Shown here one piece after another: positions 18,354 to 27,995 of a stretch of DNA of 64,000 bases (position 1 is the stretch's first letter; the number at the start of each line of letters is the position of its first letter). Below the pieces are notes generated by a model. That model saw only the letters and a list, made by a program, of their open reading frames with translations. It was not told the origin of the DNA and did no database searches. The translations under genes were made by a program, and so were the position numbers. The stretch comes from Flavitalea sp. (GTDB taxonomy: Bacteria > Bacteroidota > Bacteroidia > Chitinophagales > Chitinophagaceae): contig JBGAJL010000007.1 of assembly GCA_044224935.1 (NCBI GenBank), positions 4,161 to 68,160 on the forward strand, read 5' to 3'.

Positions 18354-20117
18354 ATGATGAAATCTTTTGTAACGAAATGCCTTTTATTGATCCTGTTACC
18401 CGGCATATCCCGGAGCCAGCTCCCTCCCCCTTTCAGCCAGGCCGCAGCAGCCAGGGCACAATCAATAGAAACGTCAATACGCTATCTTTCTGCCGAACGA
18501 ATAGTATGGCAATCGGAAAGCGCTGCAGATAATATTAAAAACGCGCAGCGGCTGTTGAAAAAAGGTAATGGTCAGGCCGATCTGGCCAACAAGGATATGT
18601 GCGTGTTAACAAGCACAGAGCGTAGTAAACCGGCATTGCTGCTCGATTTCGGCCGCGAACTGCATGGGGGCCTGCAAATCGTCACCGGTATGTACCCGGA
18701 TAAGAAACCGGTAAAGCTGCGCGTTCGTTTTGGCGAATCGGCCAGCGAGGCCATGAGCGATATAGAACCAAAACAGAACGCTACGAACGATCATGCCATG
18801 CGCGACATGATAGTGGAAGTACCCTGGCTGGGAAAATTGGAAATTGGAAATACCGGCTTCAGGTTTGTTCGTATTGATATGGTAGACGCAAATGTGGAAT
18901 TGCAACTGAAAGAAGTGCGGGCAATTTTTATTTTCAGGGATATACCCTATCTCGGATCATTTAATTGCAGCGATACCCTGCTCAATAAAATATGGATGAC
19001 GGGCGCTTATACCGTGCAGCTCAATATGCAGGATTATTTGTGGGACGGTATCAAGCGCGACCGCCTGGTATGGGTAGGCGACATGCACCCGGAAACCTCA
19101 ACCATAGCTGCTGTATTCGGCAATAATGATGTGGTACCCAAAAGCCTCGATCTTTCCCGGGATATCACACCGCTACCCGATTGGATGAATGGTATCAGCA
19201 CCTACTCTATGTGGTGGATCATTATTCACAGGGACTGGTATATGCATAATGGAAATCTCAGTTATCTTAAACAGCAGCAGCGCTATTTGGTGAAACTGCT
19301 CGATCAGATCATCACCAAAATAGATAAGAACGGAAAAGAGATGTTAGATGGCACCCGGTTTCTCGATTGGCCATCAAGCGAAAATACAAAAGGAGTAGAT
19401 GCAGGTTTGCAGGCCATGATGATCTTATCGCTGCAGGCAGGCAGAGAATTATGTAAAATATTAAATGAACCAGGCTCCGAACAAAAATGTGCAGCAGCAA
19501 TAAACCGCTTAAAAACCTATGTTCCGGATCCGAATAATTCAAAGCAGGCCGCTGCACTGATGACACTGGCCGGGTTAATACCCACCGGCAAGGCCGATAA
19601 GGAGATTATCAGCGTTGAAGGCGCTCATCATTTCTCCACTTTTTATGGATATTATATGTTGCAGGCCATGGCCAAAGCCGGTGACTACCAGGGAGCAATA
19701 AACGCTATCCGCAGCTATTGGGGCGCGATGTTAAAGCTGGGCGCCACCACTTTCTGGGAAGATTTTAATCTTGACTGGTTACCGAATGCTTCCCGTATAG
19801 ACGAGCTGCCCCTGCCGGGCCAGAAAGATATTCATGGCGACTATGGCGCTTACTGTTATATGGGTTTCAGGCACAGCCTCTGTCATGGATGGGCATCGGG
19901 CCCCACACCGTGGCTTAGCGAATATGTATTAGGCGTTAAAGTTCTAGCGCCCGGTTGCAGCGTAATAAAAATAGAGCCTCATCTGGGTGATCTCGATTTT
20001 GCAGAAGGAAGTTTTCCTACACCTTATGGCGTCATCAAAATAAAACATGTGAAGCGGCAGGATGGAAAAATAACCTCGACAGTGGATTCTCCAAAAGGAA
20101 TAAAAATCATACAATAA
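18354..20117 (+). CDS. GH78-related (alpha/alpha)6-barrel protein (rhamnosidase C-terminal-domain-like)
   Basis: Signal peptide MMKSFVTKCLLLILLPGISRSQ. The block DGIKRDRLVWVGDMHPE parallels the GH78 DCPQRDERLGWTGD motif, followed by HGWASGPTPWL. It lacks the N-terminal GH78 domains. Confidence 0.6.
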   Translation: MMKSFVTKCLLLILLPGISRSQLPPPFSQAAAARAQSIETSIRYLSAERIVWQSESAADNIKNAQRLLKKGNGQADLANKDMCVLTSTERSKPALLLDFGRELHGGLQIVTGMYPDKKPVKLRVRFGESASEAMSDIEPKQNATNDHAMRDMIVEVPWLGKLEIGNTGFRFVRIDMVDANVELQLKEVRAIFIFRDIPYLGSFNCSDTLLNKIWMTGAYTVQLNMQDYLWDGIKRDRLVWVGDMHPETSTIAAVFGNNDVVPKSLDLSRDITPLPDWMNGISTYSMWWIIIHRDWYMHNGNLSYLKQQQRYLVKLLDQIITKIDKNGKEMLDGTRFLDWPSSENTKGVDAGLQAMMILSLQAGRELCKILNEPGSEQKCAAAINRLKTYVPDPNNSKQAAALMTLAGLIPTGKADKEIISVEGAHHFSTFYGYYMLQAMAKAGDYQGAINAIRSYWGAMLKLGATTFWEDFNLDWLPNASRIDELPLPGQKDIHGDYGAYCYMGFRHSLCHGWASGPTPWLSEYVLGVKVLAPGCSVIKIEPHLGDLDFAEGSFPTPYGVIKIKHVKRQDGKITSTVDSPKGIKIIQ

Positions 20118-20160
20118 GCAGAGCGGTAAACCTATTATTAATATTTTATAAACAATACTG

Positions 20161-23049
20161 ATGGTTATGCGGGTTTTACAGTATATAGCAGGCGCGGGCG
20201 CAATATTACTATCTTTTTGTTGTCCTTTGATATTGGTTGCCCAGTTCGATTTGGTGCCAGTCAATCTGCGCGCAGAGTATAAGAAAAATGATTTTACCGA
20301 TGTTGCCAAACCACGGCTTGGCTGGGAATTAAAATCGGCCGTACACAACCAGTCTCAAACCGCATACCAGGTAATAGTAGCTTCTTCAACAGCATTACTT
20401 ACTCCCGAAAAAGCTGATATATGGAATTCGGACAAAATTTCTTCAGAAGAAACCATTCAGATCGAATATAACGGCCGGCCGTTGCAATCGAACCGAACCT
20501 ACTACTGGAAGGTGAGAAGCTGGGACGCGAAAGGAAACCCGGGTCAGTGGAGCCAACAGGCTTTTTGGCATACTGCACTTATGCAGCAAACCGACTGGAA
20601 AGCCGAGTGGATAGGATATGATGTGAATGCTTTATCCACTGACAAGGTGTATCATCTTCCCCCTGCACCTTATATGCGTAAAGAATCCGGGCTGAAAGCA
20701 AATATCAGAAAGGCAAATCTATACGTAACGGCGTTGGGATTATTTGAATTCTATATTAATGGCAAAAGAATAGGGAACGATTATTTTGCGCCGGGCTGGA
20801 CAGATTATAACAAAAGGGTTTACTATAATGCTTATGATGTAACCGCAAACCTGAAGGCCGGCCGGAATGCATTTGGGGCAATATTATCCACCGGATGGTA
20901 TGCGGGCTATTTAGGATATGCATTGCTGGTAGGCAGTGCTGTTACCCATGAATTTTATGGAAAAATTCCTTTGCTGAAAGCGCAGCTAGAAATAGAATAT
21001 ACCGATGGAACGAGACAGACGATTATATCCGATTCTTCGTGGAAAGCTTCTACAGGTGCCATACGCGAAGCCGATATCCTGAATGGTGAAATGGTTGATG
21101 CCAACAGGGAGCAGACGGGATGGAACAGGGCCGGTTTTAATGAAAGCAGTTGGAAGAATGTGCAATTGTTTCCGGAAAAAACGAATCTAGCCCTGCAATT
21201 ATACTCCGGGAACCCGGTACAAATTATAGCCGAGCTGACGCCGGTTGCAGTAAAGCAGCAGGGTGAAAGAAAATTTATAGCCGATATGGGGCAGAATTTT
21301 GCCGGTGTAATAAAATTGAATATTAAAGGAAAAAAAGGGGATACCATAGTGGTGAAATACGGGGAAATGCTTCTGCCCGATGGAAAATTAATGACCGAAA
21401 ATCTCCGCCGGGCACGTTGCACCGATACCTATATACTGAGTGGAAATCCGCAGGGAGAAACCTGGATGCCGAAGTTTACGTATCATGGGTTTCAATATGT
21501 GGAAATCAGTGGAATTCGCTATAAGCCTTCCCCTACAGCTATTAAAGGCATTGTGATGAGCGCCGCTACGCCAGCCGCAGGAAGCTTCATCACGGGTAAC
21601 GCAATGATCAACCAGCTGTACAAAAATATTGTATGGACACAGCGATCGAATTATTTTGATATTCCCACCGACTGCCCCCAAAGGGATGAACGCCTCGGAT
21701 GGACCGGAGATGCGCAGATTTATATGCGCTCCGCCGCTTTCAACACCGATATTGCTGCATTTCATACCAAATGGATCACCGATCTCAACGATGCGCAATG
21801 GCCCGATGGCGCCTATCCCGTTTATGCCCCTATGCCGGTAGATGCCGATGGTAAAGCCGCGATCCGGCCAACTGACACCTACTCACCTGGCTGGGCCGAA
21901 GCCGGAATAATTTGCCCGTATACTATTTTTAAAATGTATGGCGATACGCGCATCGTAAAAAAATCATGGCCCTATATGCTGCGGTATATGGATTTCCTGG
22001 AGAAGAAAAGCGACGGAAAATATTATTTTCCCGAAGCGTCCTTTGAAGATATTTCTCCAAAAGGAGGCTTTGGCGATTGGCTTTCTGTAGGCAGGAAAAC
22101 ACCGCCGGATATGCTGGCGACCATTTATTATTATTATTGCGCAGCGATGATAACAGAAATGGCAAATGGAATACAGGATACCATAGCAGCGAAAAAATAT
22201 GAAGAGACAGCAGAAAAAATCAGGGCAGCATTTGCCAGGCATTATATTGACAAAGATGGAAAATTCAAAACAGATACGGCGGCTTATGCCAATGGCGATG
22301 GATACGTGGATGGCTCACTGGGTTTTTCGGGGCATACACAAACGGCTTATGCCAATGCTATATACGCCGGAATATTGTCGTCCCGAAATATTGTCCTTGC
22401 CGGAAGATACCTGCGGGAACTTGTAGTTGAAAACAATAAACAGCTAACAACCGGTTTCCTGGGTTTTAAACCGCTATTGCCCGCGCTTTCCGCTACCGGC
22501 AGCAGCGACCTTGCCTATACACTTATAAAAGATACCGCTTATCCTTCACTGGGCTTTGAAGTGGTAAATGGCGCCACCACCATATGGGAACGCTGGAACA
22601 GCTATATTAAAGGAAAAGGATTCGAAAACAATATAGGCATGAATTCTTTCAATCATTACGCCTTTGGTGCAGTTTGCGAATGGCTGTTCCAGGATATGGC
22701 AGGTATTCAGCCGCTGGAACCGGGCTTTAAAACATTTATGATAAAGCCGGAAATATTCACCTCCGCAATTCCGTATGTGACGGCAACCTATCATTCGATA
22801 AGAGGAGTTATCGTTTCTTCCTGGAAAAAAAGTGATGGCAGGATTATTCAAAAACTGTCTATTCCGGTAAATACCCATGCGTATGTGCATATTCCTGCGG
22901 GACAAAACGAAATATTCCTGTCGGGGAAAAAAATAACCGACACTAAAAATATTCGTTTGCAAGAAGCAAAAGAAAGCTATACCGTTCTTGAATTAGGATC
23001 GGGAGAATATCGTTTTGAAATAAATGCGGATAAAAACAAGGGCCAGTGA
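20161..23049 (+). CDS. GH78 alpha-L-rhamnosidase
   Basis: 962 aa. N-terminal LRAEYKKNDF...PRLGWEL...QTAYQVIV...YYWKVRSWD, catalytic-domain hallmark PTDCPQRDERLGWTGDAQ, and C-terminal TTIWERWNS. Confidence 0.92.
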   Translation: MVMRVLQYIAGAGAILLSFCCPLILVAQFDLVPVNLRAEYKKNDFTDVAKPRLGWELKSAVHNQSQTAYQVIVASSTALLTPEKADIWNSDKISSEETIQIEYNGRPLQSNRTYYWKVRSWDAKGNPGQWSQQAFWHTALMQQTDWKAEWIGYDVNALSTDKVYHLPPAPYMRKESGLKANIRKANLYVTALGLFEFYINGKRIGNDYFAPGWTDYNKRVYYNAYDVTANLKAGRNAFGAILSTGWYAGYLGYALLVGSAVTHEFYGKIPLLKAQLEIEYTDGTRQTIISDSSWKASTGAIREADILNGEMVDANREQTGWNRAGFNESSWKNVQLFPEKTNLALQLYSGNPVQIIAELTPVAVKQQGERKFIADMGQNFAGVIKLNIKGKKGDTIVVKYGEMLLPDGKLMTENLRRARCTDTYILSGNPQGETWMPKFTYHGFQYVEISGIRYKPSPTAIKGIVMSAATPAAGSFITGNAMINQLYKNIVWTQRSNYFDIPTDCPQRDERLGWTGDAQIYMRSAAFNTDIAAFHTKWITDLNDAQWPDGAYPVYAPMPVDADGKAAIRPTDTYSPGWAEAGIICPYTIFKMYGDTRIVKKSWPYMLRYMDFLEKKSDGKYYFPEASFEDISPKGGFGDWLSVGRKTPPDMLATIYYYYCAAMITEMANGIQDTIAAKKYEETAEKIRAAFARHYIDKDGKFKTDTAAYANGDGYVDGSLGFSGHTQTAYANAIYAGILSSRNIVLAGRYLRELVVENNKQLTTGFLGFKPLLPALSATGSSDLAYTLIKDTAYPSLGFEVVNGATTIWERWNSYIKGKGFENNIGMNSFNHYAFGAVCEWLFQDMAGIQPLEPGFKTFMIKPEIFTSAIPYVTATYHSIRGVIVSSWKKSDGRIIQKLSIPVNTHAYVHIPAGQNEIFLSGKKITDTKNIRLQEAKESYTVLELGSGEYRFEINADKNKGQ

Positions 23050-23065
23050 CCCTCTATTTTTAATT

Positions 23066-24247
23066 TCAGCGGCTTATTTCCAAGGCCTTCCCCAGATCAT
23101 CAATTAACACGCCGGCATCTTCCAGACCAATCGCGAGCCGGATCAGCCGGTGACCCCTATTATTTCCGTCGAAAGATCCGTCAGGAACAGTGACACATCC
23201 CGGCATCACCTGGCTCTCATAACCGCCCCAGCTCACCGCCATCGTGAAATATTCGAGATGATTGCAGAACGACTCGATCGACTGCCTGCTTTTATTTTTA
23301 AGCACAATGGTGATTAATCCAAACGCATCTTTCATCTGTTTCTTCGCAAGCGCATATTGCGGAAAATCCGGATCGAAAGGGAAAATAATTTCTTCCACGG
23401 CAGGATGCGCCTTCAGGTATTCCACTATTTTTTTCGTAGTAATGCTGATACGCTCGAGCCGCACAGGCAAAGTGCGCAAGCCCCGCAACAGTAACCAGGA
23501 ATGAAAAGGAGAAGTCTGCAATCCGAAGGTCATAAATGGCCCCCCGATTATCGGTTCAATCAATTCCTTTTTTGCACAGATAACGCCGGCGATCACATCG
23601 CCATGACCACCGATATATTTTGAAGCGGATTGCAGTGAGATATCAATACCAAAATCCAGTGGCCGCTGGTAGAGTGGTGTGCAATACGTGTTATCGATAA
23701 TAGTCAGGATGCCATGCCTCCGGGCCAGTTGGCCGACCGCATCCAGGTCCTGCAGTTCATACGTCCAGCTATTGGGCGATTCGAGGTAAATGATTTTTGT
23801 ATTGGGCCGTATGGCGCTGGCTATATTGGTGATATCGGTACCATCTACGTAAGTCGTTTCCACGTTCAGCTCCTTTATCACATTATCAAATAATGCGGTA
23901 GCCCAGTAATAAGGTTTATTAATCGAAATGATATGCTCACCCTGATGAATATGCGCCATAACCGCAGCGCTGATGGCGGTGGAACCGCTGTTTACCACCA
24001 GGGCCGCTTCTGCCCCATCGAGTGCGGCGAGTTTTTTCTCCAGTATTGCGGTGGTGGGGTTATGCCCGCGTCCGTAAACAAAACTGTCCGATTCATTGAT
24101 CATCGCATTGCGCATCTCCGCCACCGATTCAAATGCATGTTTGGCAGTTTGCATAATGGGAGGAGATGTGGCGCCTGCATAGCTTTGCCTGTCTTCGTGT
24201 AAATGGTTTAAGATATATGAGAGATTATTTTCGACCGGTGTCATCAT
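23066..24247 (-). CDS. Cys/Met-metabolism PLP-dependent enzyme (cystathionine beta-lyase / gamma-synthase / methionine gamma-lyase family)
   Basis: 393 aa. YGRGHNPT, LESPNSWT, and the PLP-lysine block SLQSASKYIGGHGDVIAG. Confidence 0.85.
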   Translation of the reverse strand: MMTPVENNLSYILNHLHEDRQSYAGATSPPIMQTAKHAFESVAEMRNAMINESDSFVYGRGHNPTTAILEKKLAALDGAEAALVVNSGSTAISAAVMAHIHQGEHIISINKPYYWATALFDNVIKELNVETTYVDGTDITNIASAIRPNTKIIYLESPNSWTYELQDLDAVGQLARRHGILTIIDNTYCTPLYQRPLDFGIDISLQSASKYIGGHGDVIAGVICAKKELIEPIIGGPFMTFGLQTSPFHSWLLLRGLRTLPVRLERISITTKKIVEYLKAHPAVEEIIFPFDPDFPQYALAKKQMKDAFGLITIVLKNKSRQSIESFCNHLEYFTMAVSWGGYESQVMPGCVTVPDGSFDGNNRGHRLIRLAIGLEDAGVLIDDLGKALEISR

Positions 24248-24300
24248 AACAGCTATTGATGCTGCAAAAATAGCATAAAGCTTCGTTACCCATTCTGTCC

Positions 24301-25548
24301 TTATTGCGGAAGGGATGTGACTTCCGAACTGAAATGTTCCTTTGAAAGCATAGCAGCGCTGTATATCCTTCCCGAGCTCTGCAGGCCTCTCTCATCGGTT
24401 ACGGATAAAAAACACATAACCGTATGCGCGGGGACAATGCCTGACCGCAGGGTATTTCCCCTGACCGGAACGGGTATCGATTGCCATTTTCTCTTTTGCT
24501 CATCGGAGCTGGTATCGGCAGTGTACATAAGCCGGGCACTGACAGGGCGTGCATCGTATTTCATTTTAGCAATCAACCTGTTCCCCCTTTTCTTCTCTGT
24601 CGTGAAATGAGCCAGCCCTTCTCCATTTTGCAGGTGCTGGCTGATAAATGCATAATGCTCTTTTATTTCGTATCCCATTCCATTTGTATAATGACCATGC
24701 TGCAGGCCGGGTTGAATGGAAAATTGCTTATGCTTTACCAGGCTGGCGGTGGCTATAAGCGGTGACAGATAAAATGCAGGGTCGTTGGTCCCGTTGATAA
24801 ACAGTACGGGATGTGTTATATACGACACATAATTAGCCGGATCATATTGATTCAGCCATAATTTTTTATCTCCGGGAGAAAGTGAATTGAGCCCTTCACC
24901 CAACATAGGGCTTGTAGGAAAAAAGCCACAGCCATAGATACTGGCAGTGGCCTTAAACCGTTGATCCACCGAGGCCGCGACAAGTGACAATACCGACCCC
25001 CAGCTGATACCGGCCAATGCAGTCCTGTTTGTGTCGATCTCCGGAAAGCTCCGCACGAGGCTATGCGCAAAAATAATATCAGCAATGGCCTGGAAGAACC
25101 ATTGCTCATCCAGAGGCAATGACACATCATAAACAGGCGTGCCCGATGCTGTTTCCTGGAAACCCTGCGGCAAATGCCGACCGTCAGGATAATTTCCTCT
25201 TGTATCCATAGCGATTGCTGCATAACCTCTTCTCGCCCATTCCTTCACCCAGCCAATAAATGCGGTGCCCCCACCGCCATGCACAAGCACCACTGCGGGA
25301 AGACTGTGCCCGGTATCCGTTTCACCCCTTAATGATCCCGGCGTGGCATAATAAGCAAATGTTCTTTTTGTCGATCCCTTATAAGGTAATCCTGAGTAAA
25401 TTATTTCAAAAACAGAGTCCTTTAATACACGGCTGTATTCCGGCACATGAGTAATGCCCGGCACGCTCCACAGGCTCTGCCTTATCTGTGCCTTGCTGCA
25501 AAAGGAAATAAGCGACAATGCTATTATAAGCGACAATGATCTTTTCAT
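24301..25548 (-). CDS. Secreted alpha/beta hydrolase (acetyl-xylan-esterase / dienelactone-hydrolase-like carbohydrate esterase candidate)
   Basis: Signal peptide. VVLVHGGGGTAF, nucleophile elbow GISWGS, GTNDP, HGH. Its ATG overlaps the stop of the upstream kinase gene (ATGA at 25545-25548). Confidence 0.7.
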   Translation of the reverse strand: MKRSLSLIIALSLISFCSKAQIRQSLWSVPGITHVPEYSRVLKDSVFEIIYSGLPYKGSTKRTFAYYATPGSLRGETDTGHSLPAVVLVHGGGGTAFIGWVKEWARRGYAAIAMDTRGNYPDGRHLPQGFQETASGTPVYDVSLPLDEQWFFQAIADIIFAHSLVRSFPEIDTNRTALAGISWGSVLSLVAASVDQRFKATASIYGCGFFPTSPMLGEGLNSLSPGDKKLWLNQYDPANYVSYITHPVLFINGTNDPAFYLSPLIATASLVKHKQFSIQPGLQHGHYTNGMGYEIKEHYAFISQHLQNGEGLAHFTTEKKRGNRLIAKMKYDARPVSARLMYTADTSSDEQKRKWQSIPVPVRGNTLRSGIVPAHTVMCFLSVTDERGLQSSGRIYSAAMLSKEHFSSEVTSLPQ

Positions 25549-26900
25549 ACATGTGCCCCATTGGTAACCACTGCGCTCCAGCGCTTCAACCGGAGAATAT
25601 CAGCGGGAATTTTATTATTATTCCAATGCTCATGGATCGCAAGGGCTGCGCCCAGTGAAGTGCCCTGCACCATAGTGGCAGCATACACTTTTTTACCGGC
25701 AAAAGCATTGGCCAGGTATTGCATATAAATAGTGTTCCTGCAAAATCCTCCATCCACATAAATGTTCTGAACGCTGCTGTTTTTTAAAACCATATTGGTA
25801 TAAACAGTCTGCTGGCAGATCATGTCTGCCATAAGATGGTAATATGCCTGTCCGGGAGAATGGAAATCATCTAAATTGCGTTGGCTGAACGGGCCCTCGG
25901 AAACGGTGCCTGATAACATTGACCCGGTATCAGCAGATAACGTTTTAAAAAAACCTGCGTCTATATTAAAGTGCTCCGCAATTCTCGACACCTGCAGGTC
26001 GTGTTCATTACCAGCAAACAGCATAGAGGTTTTCACAGGTTTTCCCCTGTAGGTCAGGTAGCTTAAACATCCTTTGGACAGCTCTGCCGGGTCGGGTAAG
26101 TTTTGATTGAAAGGATTTAAACTGATCGCCCATGTGCCGGTGGAAAGAATAATAAACGGCTCCGTGAAAATGCTCAGGTAAGGAATAATAGCTGCCGAGC
26201 TGTCGTGCAGGCCAATGCCCACGGCTATGTCTTGCCCGGTATATTCATTATTTATTTTAACGACATGGCTTCCCGGTGTTATCGGTGATAACCTGGACCG
26301 GATGCCCTCTTTTTCCAACCAGGGATGATATTGCATGCGCTGAAAATCCCACATTGCGGAATGGCAGCCCAAATTAGTTGTTTCGGCAAATTTTTTCCCG
26401 GTAAGCAAAAAGCTCAGGTATTGTGGAAAATGCAATGAACTGCGTATCCTGGCAAACAATTCGGGGCGCTTATGTTTTAACCAATACAATTGCATGCCTG
26501 CATTGAGATGACCCATAATGGGTGAACAGGTTTCACTGAGAAATTTTCCGTCTGCATAAGTGAGCTGAAACTCACGCATCAGATCATCAGGGTAAGGCTT
26601 CAGGTAATTGTACAGATAGCCCACCCTGTCTGCCGATTCATCGATGTGCACAAGCGAAGCGCCGTAGGTTGAAAAATTAATGGCCTTCAGAGAAAAGGTT
26701 TCCGATTTTTTCAGCTCGCCGACCTTTGATAATATCCACGCCGACAGGCTGCCAATGTCTTCGCATGGAAATCCGTCTTCATCTGCGATTTCATCAAAAC
26801 GTACCGATTCCTCTCTTACAATATTATAATCGCTGTCAAAGACCAACAGTTTTTTATTGGTCTTTCCGATATCGAATATGGCAACAACCGGAACTTTCAT
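25545..26900 (-). CDS. FGGY-family carbohydrate kinase (candidate rhamnulokinase by context)
   Basis: 451 aa. N-terminal ATPase motif AIFDIGKTNKKLLVFD and later FGGY-like blocks (STGTWAISL, VDGGF). It is adjacent to rhaT. Confidence 0.7.
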   Translation of the reverse strand: MKVPVVAIFDIGKTNKKLLVFDSDYNIVREESVRFDEIADEDGFPCEDIGSLSAWILSKVGELKKSETFSLKAINFSTYGASLVHIDESADRVGYLYNYLKPYPDDLMREFQLTYADGKFLSETCSPIMGHLNAGMQLYWLKHKRPELFARIRSSLHFPQYLSFLLTGKKFAETTNLGCHSAMWDFQRMQYHPWLEKEGIRSRLSPITPGSHVVKINNEYTGQDIAVGIGLHDSSAAIIPYLSIFTEPFIILSTGTWAISLNPFNQNLPDPAELSKGCLSYLTYRGKPVKTSMLFAGNEHDLQVSRIAEHFNIDAGFFKTLSADTGSMLSGTVSEGPFSQRNLDDFHSPGQAYYHLMADMICQQTVYTNMVLKNSSVQNIYVDGGFCRNTIYMQYLANAFAGKKVYAATMVQGTSLGAALAIHEHWNNNKIPADILRLKRWSAVVTNGAHV

Positions 26901-26903
26901 CTG

Positions 26904-27986
26904 CTAATGATTTAATGAATTACCATAACCAACAATAATCACTGCCGAAATAATAGTGACGATGCCCAGTATGATCGTACGGCGAGTACGCCTGCTGACG
27001 CCCTTCCATTCTTTAAGGGCAAAACCCCATAAGTTGGCCACCAGGATAATAAATGCCATGTGCAGTATCCAGGAGCTGGCGCCGTTGCCCAGCTTGCTCT
27101 CTCCCATTCCATAAAATAAATATTGCATAAACCATACAGTGCCTGCGAGAGCAGAAAAAATGTAATTCCTCAGCAAGGGCGTACGTGAATCGGTGTAATC
27201 ACCAAATGTTTTATTCCTGGCGCTAAGTACCATGCACCAAATAAAATTCGTAGTGAGACCGCCCCATAATAACACCACGTAGATAACATTGTTCCTGAAT
27301 AGGAAATTTATATTTTCAGCAGGGTGCGCCGCTTTCCATATTTCATTCGCCCGCTCAGCCAGTGAGGCGCCAGCCTCAATGCCATAATTAAACCCAGCGC
27401 TTAATATCCCGGAAATTATGCAGACAACCAGGCCCTTTTTAAGATTGAACTCTTTCACACTGTCTTTCTTTACCTCTTCGGGCAATTCTTTTTCTTTCAT
27501 ATACCCGGCCCTGCCGCACAGATAAATTCCAATCAGGCACAATGCAACGCCCAGCAACACAACCTGCCCCCATGAGTGCGTTACCAGATCTGTAAACGTA
27601 ATTTTTCCTTTAACATTGGCAAGGTCGTAGTAAATGGAAGGAGCAAGCGCACCGAAAGCGGAAGTGAATCCCAATAACACCGAGTTCCCCAGCGACATGC
27701 CCAGGTAGCGCATTCCCAGGCCATACATCAACCCCCCGACACCCCAAAGCGCACCCCAGAAAAAGACCCAGAACAGATCAGTAAAGGAAGCTTCGGCGAT
27801 AATGGTGCCAAAACCAGGAACAGTGAGCCATGCCACCAGTGGCGGCATGATCAGCCAGGAGAAAAGCCCGCCGGTGAGCCAATAGGTTTCCCAGGACCAG
27901 CCCCTCACTTTTTTATAGGGCATATAAAAGCTGCCTGATGCGGCGCCGCCAATAAAATGATATATAATTCCAATCAGAACCTGCAT
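26904..27986 (-). CDS. rhaT: L-rhamnose/H+ symporter RhaT
   Basis: The N-terminus IGIIYHFIGGAASGSFYMPYKKVRGWSWETYW closely parallels E. coli RhaT ([29 protein letters not shown]). 360 aa with about 10 TM segments. Confidence 0.9.
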   Translation of the reverse strand: MQVLIGIIYHFIGGAASGSFYMPYKKVRGWSWETYWLTGGLFSWLIMPPLVAWLTVPGFGTIIAEASFTDLFWVFFWGALWGVGGLMYGLGMRYLGMSLGNSVLLGFTSAFGALAPSIYYDLANVKGKITFTDLVTHSWGQVVLLGVALCLIGIYLCGRAGYMKEKELPEEVKKDSVKEFNLKKGLVVCIISGILSAGFNYGIEAGASLAERANEIWKAAHPAENINFLFRNNVIYVVLLWGGLTTNFIWCMVLSARNKTFGDYTDSRTPLLRNYIFSALAGTVWFMQYLFYGMGESKLGNGASSWILHMAFIILVANLWGFALKEWKGVSRRTRRTIILGIVTIISAVIIVGYGNSLNH

Positions 27987-27995
27987 GCGTTATGT

